NCBI GenBank assembly: GCA_963828195.1
Contig: CAWHDT010000003.1
Coordinates: 288,001 to 352,000 of the forward strand
Direction of reading: 5' to 3'
Source of the DNA: Candidatus Bathyarchaeota archaeon
GTDB lineage: Archaea; Thermoproteota; Bathyarchaeia; Bathyarchaeales; Bathycorpusculaceae
Length of the DNA: 64,000 bases
Below the pieces are notes generated by a model, which was not told the DNA's origin, did no database searches, and saw only the letters and a program-made list of their open reading frames with translations. Below, one piece after another: positions 18,571 to 29,898 of this stretch. A program made the position numbers and the translations under genes. How positions within the stretch are numbered: position 1 is the stretch's first letter; each line of letters opens with the position of its first letter.

Positions 18571-20400
18571 ATGAGAATTGGAGCAAGTTATTCTAAAGAT
18601 AGTAGCGAATTTGTAGTTTGGGCTCCGGATCAAAATGATGTCTCGCTGGTTTTGCCTCAACGAAATCGAATTCAAAAAATGGAGCGATTAGACGATGGCT
18701 ATTGGCGATTAGAGGCTGAGGGAATAAAACCTGGCACCCTTTATCGGTTTCGTCTTAATGATAAAATAGACCGGCCTGACCCAGCTTCTCATTTTCAACC
18801 CGAAGGCGTTTTTGGTCCATCAGCTGTAGTGGATCATTCTTCTTTCGCTTGGAAAGACCACGAGTGGAAAGGAGTAAACTTGAGAGACATGATTATGTAT
18901 GAATTGCATGTTGGAACGTTCAGTCGGGAAGGCACTTTTGATGGGGCAAAGAGCAAAGCTTTGGAGCTCTCGCGAATAGGAATTAACGCGGTTGAGCTTA
19001 TGCCGGTTTCGCAATTCTCGGGTGCAAGAAACTGGGGTTACGACGCGGTTTTTCCTTTCGCAGTGCAAAACACTTACGGTGGACCGGATGAGTTAAAAAA
19101 GTTGGTTGAAGAGTTCCATGCCAATGGAATCGCCGTGATTCTTGACGTTATCTATAATCATCTGGGTCCAGAAGGCAATTTTCTGAAGGATTATGGACCG
19201 TATTTTCTTTTCAACCGTAAGACTCCGTGGGGCGCAGCAATAAACTTTGACGGCGACTTTAGCGGTCATGTGAGAAATTTTTTTCTTGAAAACGCTCTTT
19301 CCTGGTTCAAAAACTATCACGTTGACGGTTTAAGGTTAGATGCTGTTTTTACGATAATTGATAGTAGCCCCAAACATTTTTTGAAAGAGTTATCGGAAAC
19401 TATCGAAATTTTTTCGAAAACAGTTCCCAGAAAACTTTTTCTTATTGCGGAAAATGACCGGGTTGACCCTAAAATAATACAATCCAGAAAAACAGGAGGA
19501 TATGGGCTGGATGCACTTTGGCACGACAACTTGCATCATTCACTGCATGCGCTTTTGACGGGAGAACGAAACTGGTATTACTCCTCATTCGGATCCTTAG
19601 GGAAAGTCGTGCAAGCTTTAGATCAAAGTATTACTGATCAAACATTAACTTCAAGTAAAGGAACTTCGGGAAATTCAGCGACAAACATTAAACCAAGCAA
19701 ACTTGTAGTTTTCTCCCAAAATCACGACCAAGTCGGAAACAGACCCTTAGGCGAACGGCTAATAACAATTGCGGGTCTTGAAGCAGCAAAACTTGCAGCG
19801 GGAATCATTATACTGTCTCCATTCACTCCACTACTGTTTATGGGGGAAGAGCACGGGGAAAACGCGCCTTTTCTATTCTTCACAGACTACACAGATGAAG
19901 CTTTGAGAAAAAAAGTTCAGCTGGGAAGAAAATTAGAGCTTAAGAAAAACGGCTGGAAAAATCAGCCGCCAGACCCTCAAAACGCTGAAACATTTTTGCG
20001 TTCAAAGGTAGATTGGCAGCAAAGGTCTGCTGAAAACGGGTGTAGAATCTTGGATTATTATAGGAAACTCGTGAGTCTCAGAAAAGTCCTCTGCAACAGC
20101 AACTTTGATAAGCGCCAGGTCACAAAGTTTTTTGTGTTCGAGGATCAGTCGCTTTTGATAATTCAAAAACGTTTCTCAGGCTCTTTTATGGTTACTGTTG
20201 CCAATTTTGGCAAACTAAAAGGTAGTTATCAGTTCCCCTGCAACGGAAAAACCTGCCTGAAAGTGCTGGATTCTGCAGATAAGGTTTGGGGTGGTCCTGG
20301 ATCTGCCCTGCCAGGCACAGCAAAACTCGGAGATCGACTTGATATCAGTCCGTTGAGCATGGCAGTTTATTTAAATTTAAAAGGCGAAAAAAATGACTGA
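18571..20400 (+). CDS. treZ: Malto-oligosyltrehalose trehalohydrolase (GH13)
   Basis: PDPASHFQPEGVFG, YELHVGTF, RNWGYD, GLRLDAV, QNHDQVGNR. Confidence 0.95.
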   Translation: MRIGASYSKDSSEFVVWAPDQNDVSLVLPQRNRIQKMERLDDGYWRLEAEGIKPGTLYRFRLNDKIDRPDPASHFQPEGVFGPSAVVDHSSFAWKDHEWKGVNLRDMIMYELHVGTFSREGTFDGAKSKALELSRIGINAVELMPVSQFSGARNWGYDAVFPFAVQNTYGGPDELKKLVEEFHANGIAVILDVIYNHLGPEGNFLKDYGPYFLFNRKTPWGAAINFDGDFSGHVRNFFLENALSWFKNYHVDGLRLDAVFTIIDSSPKHFLKELSETIEIFSKTVPRKLFLIAENDRVDPKIIQSRKTGGYGLDALWHDNLHHSLHALLTGERNWYYSSFGSLGKVVQALDQSITDQTLTSSKGTSGNSATNIKPSKLVVFSQNHDQVGNRPLGERLITIAGLEAAKLAAGIIILSPFTPLLFMGEEHGENAPFLFFTDYTDEALRKKVQLGRKLELKKNGWKNQPPDPQNAETFLRSKVDWQQRSAENGCRILDYYRKLVSLRKVLCNSNFDKRQVTKFFVFEDQSLLIIQKRFSGSFMVTVANFGKLKGSYQFPCNGKTCLKVLDSADKVWGGPGSALPGTAKLGDRLDISPLSMAVYLNLKGEKND

Positions 20401-22830
20401 AAAATATATTTGCATACACGGACATTTTTATCAGCCTCCACGGGAAAACCCATGGCTTGAAGAAGTCGAGTTTGAAGAGTCTGCTCAGCCATACCATGAT
20501 TGGAACGCTAGGATAACAGCTGAATGCTATGCCCCTAATTCTGTTGCTCGAATAATGGATTCTCAGTGGCGCATAATCGGCAAGGTCAACAACTATTCAA
20601 AAATAAGCTTCAACTTCGGCCCACGCTTCTCTACTGGATTGCAAGTCATGAACCTAAGCTTTACGAGTCAATACTTGAATCTGACAAAGAAAGTGCTAAA
20701 AGCTATTCAGGACACGGTTCCGCGATTGCTCAGGTCTACAATCACATGATTATGCCGCTTGCGAACAAGAGAGACAAAGAGACGCAGGTCAAGTGGGGAA
20801 TAAGAGACTTTGAAACCCGATTTGGAAGGTACCCCGAAGGCATGTGGCTTCCCGAGACAGCCGTTGACATCGAAACCCTTGAAGCCTTAGCAGAAAACAA
20901 CATCAAATTCACCTTACTTGCCCCTCATCAGGCTCTTAGAACCCGCAAAATAGGCGAAAAAGATTGGACAGATGTGAGCGGAGCAAAAATTGATCCTAGA
21001 AGAGCTTATGTTTGCAAGTTGCCTTCGGGAAAAACCGTAAACCTGTTTTTCTTTGACAAACTAATAGCTTCGGGAACAGCTTTTGGAGAGTTGCTGTCAA
21101 GCGGCGAGGTCTTCGACAGCAAACTAATGGAGGGCTTCAAAGGCTCAGAAGAAATGGCAGATGCACTGGTGAACTTGGCTACTGATGGCGAAACCTACGG
21201 GCATCATCACCTTCACGGCGACATGACATTAGCCTACTGCCTCTACATCATAGAAACAAAGAAACAAGCAAAACTAGCAAACTACAGCGAATTCTTGGCG
21301 CAGCATCCCCCGGAATTTGAAGTAGAAATCCAAGAAAACACCTCATGGAGTTGTTCACACGGCATCGAAAGGTGGCGAAGCGACTGCGGCGACAAGACGG
21401 GCAGAGAAGATTGGAAGCAGGCATGGCGGAAACCGCTGCGGGAAGCCATGGATTGGTTGCGAGATGAACTTGCGCCAAAGTTCGAATCTGAAGCAGCCAA
21501 ATATCTTAAGGATCCTTGGAATGCAAGGAACAGCTACGTAAACGTCGTTCTTGACAGGTCAAGAGAAAACGTTGAGCGGTTTCTAGCTGAAGTAAGAAGC
21601 AGGGAACTCGGTGAAGATGAAAAGCGAAAGGTACTGAAGCTTCTTGAAATGCAGAGGCAAGCAATGCTGATGTTTACAAGTTGCGGCTGGTTCTTTGACG
21701 AAATTTCTGGAATCGAATCTGTGCAGGTCATGTTGTACGCGGCTAGAGTGATGCAGCTTGCTAAAGAAGTTCTGGGATTAGAACTTGAAAACAATTATAT
21801 CAAAATACTTGAAAATGCACCGAGCAATATTCCTGAATTTGGAAATGGAGCAAAAACCTACAACATCCTCGTTAAGCCAGAAGTCATCGATCTACAGAAA
21901 ATAAGCGCGCAAGGAATCATTCTTCAATTGTTCTCAAACGAAAAATCAGAGGCTTCCAAAGAAAAACAGCAGTATGGCTGCTGCTTCAACATAAATTATG
22001 AGGAACTGGAGAAACACGAAACTGGAAAATTCCGCCTTGTGTTCAGCCGCGCTGTTGTCCAATCGCAGATCACTTTGGATGAAGCGAAAATAGATTGCGC
22101 TGCAGTATGGCTTGGAGACCACAACGTCTCCTGCGGAGTCAAAATGGATACAGATGAGGAAATATTTGAGAAAATCAAAGGAGAAATCTTGGAGCTATTC
22201 AATAAGGGCGAAATAAACGAGACTATACTGCTTATGCCGAAATATTTTGGAAATCAAACTTATTCACTTAAAGACCTCTTCAAAGACGATCAAGTTCGCA
22301 TTCTAGACATTATTCTTCAGGAAGCCGTTAAAAAAGCAACAGATCTAAACGAGATCGTCTACAAAGACAACTCCGCCTTAATCAGTTTTATGAGGGAAAT
22401 CAACCTTACCCCACCGAAACCTTTCCAATATGCCACAGAGATCGTTTTGAACGCTGAAGTAAGAAAAGCCATAGTAGCTAAAGATGTAAACGTTGAATCA
22501 TTAAACAAACTAGTTTCAGACGCCAAAAAGTTGCCTGGCGATTTCGAATGGAGCAGCATATCGTTGGATGCAAACAAAAAAATCGTTAATGAACTGCTGA
22601 AAATAAGAGATTCGCCGCCTGACACAAAAAAGCTTGAAGACGAAGCAAAACTTGTTGCAGCACTGATTCAAATGCCGATTAAACTTGAACTTTGGCAGGC
22701 GCAAAACATAGCTTTTGAAATCGCCCAAAAAATCTATAACCCGATGAAGGAGAAAAACGATGAGTTCTCTAAATCGTGGGTTTCAGCTTTTCAGCAACTG
22801 TGCAAATCGATCGGAATAAGGTTGGATTAA
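20393..22830 (+). CDS. GH57/DUF3536 glycoside hydrolase, frameshifted near 20620
   Basis: YICIHGHFYQPPRENPW...SFNFGP joins PTLLYW...GMWLPETAVD...ATDGETYGHH...TSCGWFFDE in the next frame. Confidence 0.9.
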
Positions 22831-22833
22831 AAT

Positions 22834-25504
22834 CTGAAGCCAACATCAACCTACAGAGTTCAATTGAATAAACAGTTCGACTTCAACAAACTCAAAGCTA
22901 CTCTTCCCTATTTGTCTGAACTGGGCATATCGCACGTTTACGCTTCCCCAATTTTCACGGCTCGACCAGGAAGCACGCACGGCTATGACGCAACCGACAC
23001 CAACCAAATCAACGATGCACTGGGTGGATCCGGGGCTTTCGACGCTTTGCTTAGGGTGGCTGCCGACCTTGGACTTGAGTGGATTCAAGACATCGTTCCC
23101 AACCATATCGCTTACTGGCCGCAAAGCACCATGGTTTCAGACGTGATGAAGTTCGGCTCCAACTCTGCCTACCAGGGCTTCTTAGATGTTGATTGGAACC
23201 ATCCGTCTCCGAGGCTGCAGGGAAAAATTTTGGCTCCCTTCCTTGCGGAACCCTACGAAACATGCCTGCGGCAAAGGCAGATATGCCTAGCATATCATGA
23301 TGGCTTTCAAATAAGATATGGCGATCTTGAGTTTCCAGTCAGAATCAGTTCCTACCGAACGATTTTGTCCCAGTCAACCCATATTTTAGACCTTCCATTT
23401 CAAGACGAAAAAAACTTTGCTTCTAGCATCCAAAAGAATTACAGTTCAGATGAATTTTTGAGGTCTGAAATCGAAAAGGCTTTAAATCGTCACAACGGAG
23501 ACACTGATCTTCTTGACGCCTTGCTATCAGAGCAAGTTTATGCCCTTGCCTACTGGAAGACAGCCTTTGAAGAAATTAACTACCGCAGATTCTTCGACAT
23601 AATTGATTTAATTTGTCTGCGCATGGAAGAAAAAGACGCATTTGAAACCACTCACCAGCTGATACTGAAGCTTGTTTCCGAAGGAAAGGCAACGGGGCTC
23701 AGGGTTGACCACGTGGATGGTTTATTTGATCCAGAGCAATACCTCAAATGGCTAAGGGAAGCCGCGCCGCAAACATACATAATTGTTGAGAAGATTCTGT
23801 TCTGCGACGAAAAGCTGCCAGAGTCGTGGCCTGTGCAAGGGACCACCGGGTACGATTTTCTTAACGAACTAAACGGGCTTTTCGTAGAAAAAAAGAACAA
23901 AGCAACAATGAGCGCCGTCTACAGGGAATTTTCGGGAAACAAAAAATCATTCAGAGACCTCTTGATTGATTGCAAAAAGTCTGTAATCCGAAATTACTTC
24001 GGAGGCGACTTAGACAACTTAACTCGGCAGCTGCATCAAGTTCTCAAAAGTAGACCTTACGGCGAAAAATGCACTATGCAGAGCCTTCGCGAAGCTGTGA
24101 TTGAGATGCTTTCTGCTTTCTCCGTTTACAGAACATACATCAGCAACGACAATGTCGCTGACAAACAAAGGGCAGCTTTCAAATATTGTTTGCAGGCTGC
24201 AAAGAAACAAAACAGGAAAACCGCGTCAGACTTAGCGACAATCGAGACTTTGCTGGGTGACGCTACTTCGTCAGCGGATGCGTTGCAGTTTTTTATGCGG
24301 CTTCAACAATTCAGTGGCCCGATAATGGCTAAAGGGCTCGAAGGATACGGCGCTCTACATTTACACTCGCCTGCTGTCCCTCAATGAAGTCGGCGGCGAA
24401 CCTGAAAAATTCGGTGCGACCAAAAGCGATTTCGATTTCTTCCTGAAGCGTCGGCAGACAAGTTGGCACCTGTCTTTGAACGCCACCAGCACCCATGACA
24501 CGAAAAGAGGAGAAGACGCCCGGGCAAAAATAAACGTGTTAAGCGAGGTTCCCGCGGAATTTTACGCCGAAATTAAAAAATGGAGCAGGTTAAATCTCAG
24601 CAAAAAGAAAACGTTGGACGGCAACCTTGCGCCAAACGGAAACGAGGAATACTATATTTACCAAACCTTGCTTGGTTCTTTTCCCTTTGATCAAAATGAG
24701 TTGCCGGAGTTTACAGACAGGCTGACGATTCATGTAACGAAGGCTCTGCGAGAAGCCAAAGTGAACACCAACTGGGTCTCGCCTAACTTGCCGTATGAAG
24801 AAGCAGCAACTTCCTTCGTCAAGGCTCTTCTTGAGCAAAAAGAAACAAACGCCTTCTTGCAGGAGTTTACATCATTCCACAAAAAAATCGCTTTTTGCGG
24901 TTTCATCAATTCCCTCTCCCAAACATTAATCAAGATAACCAGCCCTGGAATCCCCGACTTCTATCAGGGCACGGAACTGTGGGACCTGAACCTTGTCGAC
25001 CCCGACAACCGGCGCCAAGTAGACTTTCAAAAGCGGCAAAGATACCTAGACGAGATAAAAAACTTGAAACCCAGCGGCGTTCAGGGGCTTCTAAGCAGTT
25101 TTGAAGATGGAAAAATAAAAATTTTTGAAATAACTAAGGCGCTGGAAGCTCGCAACAAAAACATTGACCTTTTCCAACAGGGAGACTACATTCCCTTAAG
25201 AGTTAAAGGCTCACTAAGTCGCCATATCATTGCGTTTTGCAGAAAAAAAGAAACAGCGTATGCCGTCGTCGTTGCGCCCCGTTTTCTGGTCAGCCTAACA
25301 GGGATGCAGCGTCTGCCTCTTGGCGATGTTTGGAAAGATACGTTGGTTTGTCTTCCAAAGGGGGCTTCTGTTCGGTGGAGAGAAATTTTCACGGAAGAAG
25401 CTGTCTTTTCAAAAAAGATCGGCAGTGATAAAGGCTTCTGCTTGTCGGAGTTGTTGCAGTGTTTCCCTGTTGCGCTGCTTTTATCAGAGGAGTCAGCCAC
25501 ATGA
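22834..25504 (+). CDS. treY: Malto-oligosyltrehalose synthase, frameshifted near 24343
   Basis: PTSTYRVQL, STHGYD, DIVPNH, INYRRFFD, GLRVDHVDG, MAKGLE/DTALY..LLSLNEVGG, TSTHDTKR, PDFYQG, LVDPDNRR. Confidence 0.93.
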
Positions 25505-27018
25505 AATTAACCCAAAGAGCAAGCGGGGTTCTCCTCCACGTAACTTCTCTGCCTTCAGATTTCGGCATCGGCGACTTGGGACCGTGGAGTTACCGTTTCG
25601 CAGATTTGCTTGCACGTGCCAACCAGCGTTACTGGAGCATCCTTCCCCTCACGCCGACAAGCGCCAGATATGGAAACTCCCCCTATCAAGCAGCCTCTGC
25701 ATTTGCAGGCAACACCTTGCTTTTAAGCCCAGAATTGCTCCAAAAAGACAGGCTGCTGACGGAAGAAAACGTCAAAGATCTAATGCTGCCGCCTGGGCCA
25801 GTGGATTTCAAAGCGGTAACAGCGAAAAAAAAGCTTATGGTAAAGAAAGCATACCGCAGCCTTACAAGAAACGGCAATAGAATGTTGAAACCTGGCAAAT
25901 GCGATTTTGAACAGTTCTGTTCAGATTGTGCAAACTGGCTTGACGACTATGCGCTTTACGTGGCAATTCAAGAGTCCACAAAAAAACCGTGGTACATGTG
26001 GCCGCCGCCTGAACGTGACAGAGAACCCCGCGCCGTCGCCAAAAGACAGATTGAGTTGAAAGAGTTTATTGAAGAGGAAAAGTTTGCGCAGTTCCTTTTT
26101 GCGAGGCAGTGGGATCTGCTGAAACAGTATTGCCGAGCCAAGCAGTTGTCTGTGATGGGCGATTTGCCTTTTTACATGAGCTATGACAGCGCAGATGTCT
26201 GGGCGCATCCAGAATTATTTAAGCTGGACGCCCAAAAACAGCCGATATTCGTAGGCGGTGTGCCCCCAGACTATTTCAGCGAAACAGGGCAGCTGTGGGG
26301 AAACCCAGTGTACAATTGGCGAGAAAATAAAAAGACCTGTTTCCAATGGTGGATGGATAGGCTGCGGTGCAATTTGAAGCTGTGCGATTATATGCGGCTG
26401 GACCATTTTCGGGGTTTCACGGCTTATTGGCAAATATCTGCATCGTCGAAAACGGCGAAAGTGGGCAAGTGGGTTAAGGCTCATTCAAAGAGTTTTTTTG
26501 ACGCCTTGAAAGGCTACTTTCCCAACTTGCCGTTTATAGCGGAGGATCTTGGGTTAATCACAAACAACGTAAGAAACAACCTGCAGCATCTTGGAATCCC
26601 TGGGATGCGAGTGCTGATTTTTGCTTTCGGCGGGTCAAAAGACAACCCCAACTTACCCTCAAATTACCCAGAAAACTCCGTAGTCTACACTGGAACACAC
26701 GACACCAACACGGCGAGGGGCTGGTTCACTGAGGAAGCAACCCCCAAAGAAAAAATGCAGCTTTTCAAGTGTCTGGGCAAAAAAGTTTCAGAGACACAGG
26801 TAAGCCGCGAATTCATAAAGTTAGCGCTAGAATCCAGGGCTGATCTAAATATAATTCCGCTGCAAGACGTTCTTGGTTTGAGTTCTGAAGCCCGAATGAA
26901 TCACCCTGCAGGGAAACTTCATAATTGGGAGTGGAGAGTAAAAAGTGAACAACTTTCAAGTGAAAACTTTGAGTGGCTTGCAGAATTGACAGCGTGTTCA
27001 GGCAGATGCAGTCTCTGA
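25501..27018 (+). CDS. malQ: 4-alpha-glucanotransferase (GH77)
   Basis: RASGVLLHVTSLP, GVPPDYFSETGQLWGNP, RLDHFRG, AEDLG, YTGTHDTNT. Confidence 0.96.
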   Translation: MKLTQRASGVLLHVTSLPSDFGIGDLGPWSYRFADLLARANQRYWSILPLTPTSARYGNSPYQAASAFAGNTLLLSPELLQKDRLLTEENVKDLMLPPGPVDFKAVTAKKKLMVKKAYRSLTRNGNRMLKPGKCDFEQFCSDCANWLDDYALYVAIQESTKKPWYMWPPPERDREPRAVAKRQIELKEFIEEEKFAQFLFARQWDLLKQYCRAKQLSVMGDLPFYMSYDSADVWAHPELFKLDAQKQPIFVGGVPPDYFSETGQLWGNPVYNWRENKKTCFQWWMDRLRCNLKLCDYMRLDHFRGFTAYWQISASSKTAKVGKWVKAHSKSFFDALKGYFPNLPFIAEDLGLITNNVRNNLQHLGIPGMRVLIFAFGGSKDNPNLPSNYPENSVVYTGTHDTNTARGWFTEEATPKEKMQLFKCLGKKVSETQVSREFIKLALESRADLNIIPLQDVLGLSSEARMNHPAGKLHNWEWRVKSEQLSSENFEWLAELTACSGRCSL

Positions 27019-27157
27019 CTTTTTGGTACAAGACAAATCCAAGCGCTGCAGCTACCAATCCAACTGTTAAGAAAATGATTGCCGCTATGACATAAATTTG
27101 GCATAGAATGTGGGAATACTGTTTGGAAATTAATTTGTTAAGACCTTGAACTGTTAT

Positions 27158-28552
27158 TTAAGCCGATTGCATCTTTTTGATTGGCAAATTTACTGTAAAT
27201 GTTGATCCCTTGCCGGGAATACTGTTGACGTCAATGATTCCACCATGTGCTTCCACAAAGCGTTTGCATATTGGCAGACCCAAACCCATTCCTTTTGCCT
27301 TCGTTGTGAAAAGCGGGGTCCAAAGTTTCTTCAAAGTATCCTCGCTCATTCCCTCACCTGTATCTGCAAAACTGAAGACTACACTGTTCTCGATGTTTTC
27401 ACTTTTGATTGTTAATGTTCCGCCTTTGGGCATGGCTTCGATGGCGTTTTTGATCAAGTTAACGAAAACTCTGTTTATCTTGTCTTTATCTACAGCGAAC
27501 TTCGGATCTTTTTTGGTTGTGTTCACAACGATGATGTTTTCGGGAACTGCAAGCAAAGTCAAGGTCTCTACCAAAAGCGAGTTTGGATCGGTTTCGCTCA
27601 GATTCAGATTTATTTCCTTGGAGTATTCAAGAAGGTCGCTTATTATTTTGTTTGAATTATTCACCGACTTCTCGATTGTTGCGATCATTTCTTTTTCTTT
27701 TTCGGTTAAGTCGGTTTTCTTTTTAAGATAATAGACGGCGCCAGCTATGCTAGTGAGCGGGTTCCTTAAATCATGTCCCACCATTCCTGCTAATTGCCCA
27801 ATGGTAGCCATTCTCTCTGATTTTCGCAGCTCCAGGGTCTTTTCCTCGACTGTCTTTTCTAAATTTTTCGAATGCTTCTCAAGTTCCTGTTGAAGTTCGA
27901 TGTTTTTTGTTAAGTCTTGAAAGCTTTTTCGGCGGTAGATCTGTAGTTGCCATGACCCTGATAAAGCAAGGACGTAGGCTAGAATTAAACCGAGGAATAC
28001 TGTGAAAATGATGGTTATGGAAGAAGGCTGCAGAACCCATATTACAATTGCGGCTTCACCTACCGCCGCGATTGATGCTAAGAAAATTTGGTTTATAAAC
28101 CGATTAGGAGTAACCATGCATACGACAAATAAGGCAATAATGGTTATTATGACCTGCGCAACAAAATTCTGCGGTCTCGTCGCATTTATGATTCCGCTAC
28201 AAATTAAAACGATCAGAGTATAAGCAGAAATTGATCTGTCGTACTTCCTAAAACTTGCCGTTTTCTCTATTTGGATAAACACCACAATAGTATATAATAA
28301 AACACCCAACCTGATTGCTACAAGGCCGTAGAATTCCTGGGATAATCCAAAAAACTGGTAATCATTAAAGGCAAAAGCAATCAAAGGAACCGTAAACAGC
28401 AATATGGCTATTCTAGCTTGCTTTATGTCTTTGCGAAGGTGAAATTCTCTATATTTATCCTCTTGGTCACCGGTCAACTCAAGCTGCGGTCTGCCGAACA
28501 TGTCTTGGATTTTCCCCAGCCCAGTCATATGTTCCTGCGCAATATTAATCAA
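27158..28552 (-). CDS. Membrane sensor histidine kinase
   Basis: About 6 N-terminal TM; GHDLRNPL H-box, NLIKNA, DTGEG, FTTK, GLGL boxes. Confidence 0.93.
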   Translation of the reverse strand: MINIAQEHMTGLGKIQDMFGRPQLELTGDQEDKYREFHLRKDIKQARIAILLFTVPLIAFAFNDYQFFGLSQEFYGLVAIRLGVLLYTIVVFIQIEKTASFRKYDRSISAYTLIVLICSGIINATRPQNFVAQVIITIIALFVVCMVTPNRFINQIFLASIAAVGEAAIVIWVLQPSSITIIFTVFLGLILAYVLALSGSWQLQIYRRKSFQDLTKNIELQQELEKHSKNLEKTVEEKTLELRKSERMATIGQLAGMVGHDLRNPLTSIAGAVYYLKKKTDLTEKEKEMIATIEKSVNNSNKIISDLLEYSKEINLNLSETDPNSLLVETLTLLAVPENIIVVNTTKKDPKFAVDKDKINRVFVNLIKNAIEAMPKGGTLTIKSENIENSVVFSFADTGEGMSEDTLKKLWTPLFTTKAKGMGLGLPICKRFVEAHGGIIDVNSIPGKGSTFTVNLPIKKMQSA

Positions 28553-28825
28553 TTACGTTAAAAAAATGCTTTACCTACATTGAATGCATTAATATTTCCA
28601 TTAAAACCGCACAGAAGAAAAAGAAATCTATAAAATCTATATAGTTGTTGATTTATTTTTTCGCTGTCCTTTAAGGTTTTTCTAGGTTAAATCTGAGCAG
28701 AATATGGGGTGCTAAATTTTAGGGATTTTCTTTCCAAACTTGCGGTGTTAATCGGAACTTTTTCCGAAATCTTAAACAGAATCGTTCCTGACTTAACATT
28801 ACAAATCAGTTCGAGGCATATTAGA

Positions 28826-29854
28826 ATGCGGATGATAAAGTGGTGCGACGGAACGGTCATTACAGTTGACCAGACCAAACTTCCCCTCCAAGAAGTCACT
28901 TTAGAAATCAAAACGGTTGAGCAGATGGCTGAAGCCATAAAAACCCTCCGCGTCAGAGGCGCCCCACTTTTGGGTGCAGCAGCCGCCTTCGGAGTTGCAT
29001 TAGCCGCTTACCACTCAAAAGCGCCGACCAAAGAAAAATTGCTATTTGAACTGGAGAACGCAGGCACGATAATTAAGCATCAGCGACCCACTGCGGTAAA
29101 CCTGTTTTGGGGCGTAGACCGGGTTCTGGATAGGGCACGTGGTTTTTCGGGAAATGTGGGCGAAATGAAAGTTTTGGTGGTTGAGGAGGCGCAGAAAATT
29201 GCGGATGAAGATGCATTGCAGAACCGCGCAATCGGCAAAAACGGCGCCGTGCTCATCGACGACGGCGACACCATTTTGACGCATTGCAACGCTGGCGAGT
29301 TGGCAACAGTCGAGTACGGCACTGCCTTGGGGGTTATCCGCGCCGCTTGGGAAGAGGGCAAAAAAGTCAAAGTTATCGCCGACGAAACTCGCCCGCTGCT
29401 TCAAGGTGCGAGGCTTACGGTTTATGAGCTGAAGCGCGATGGGATACCTGTCACTTTGATAACGGATAACATGGCGGGCTACGTCATGAGCAAGGGGCTT
29501 GTTGACAAGGTCATCGTAGGCGCCGACCGCATCGTCCAAGACGCCGTCGTTAACAAAATCGGCACTTACTCGGTAGCGGTGCTGGCACATGAGCACGGCA
29601 TACCGTTTTATGTTGCAGCGCCAAAATCCACCTTCGACCTGCAGCACAAAGCTTCTGACGTAATTATTGAGGAGCGCAGACCCGAAGAAGTCACCTGCAT
29701 CGGCTCAGTGCAAATTGCTCCTGAAGGCGTCAACGTTATGAACCCTGCCTTCGACATCACGCCGCTCAAATACGTGTCAGCAATCATATGTGAAACCCAA
29801 GTTTACTACAGCAAAGACTTCAGCAAATTCAAGAAAACGGCGTTAAATAAATAA
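28826..29854 (+). CDS. mtnA: S-methyl-5-thioribose-1-phosphate isomerase (eIF-2B family)
   Basis: DQTKLP, VRGAP, RPTAVNL, LTHCNAG, ETRPLLQGARL, GADRI, NKIGTY, NPAFDITP. Confidence 0.93.
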   Translation: MRMIKWCDGTVITVDQTKLPLQEVTLEIKTVEQMAEAIKTLRVRGAPLLGAAAAFGVALAAYHSKAPTKEKLLFELENAGTIIKHQRPTAVNLFWGVDRVLDRARGFSGNVGEMKVLVVEEAQKIADEDALQNRAIGKNGAVLIDDGDTILTHCNAGELATVEYGTALGVIRAAWEEGKKVKVIADETRPLLQGARLTVYELKRDGIPVTLITDNMAGYVMSKGLVDKVIVGADRIVQDAVVNKIGTYSVAVLAHEHGIPFYVAAPKSTFDLQHKASDVIIEERRPEEVTCIGSVQIAPEGVNVMNPAFDITPLKYVSAIICETQVYYSKDFSKFKKTALNK

Positions 29855-29898
29855 AACCAGAAAAACGTCAAAGTCCTCGCGATTCTCTTATTCCCATT

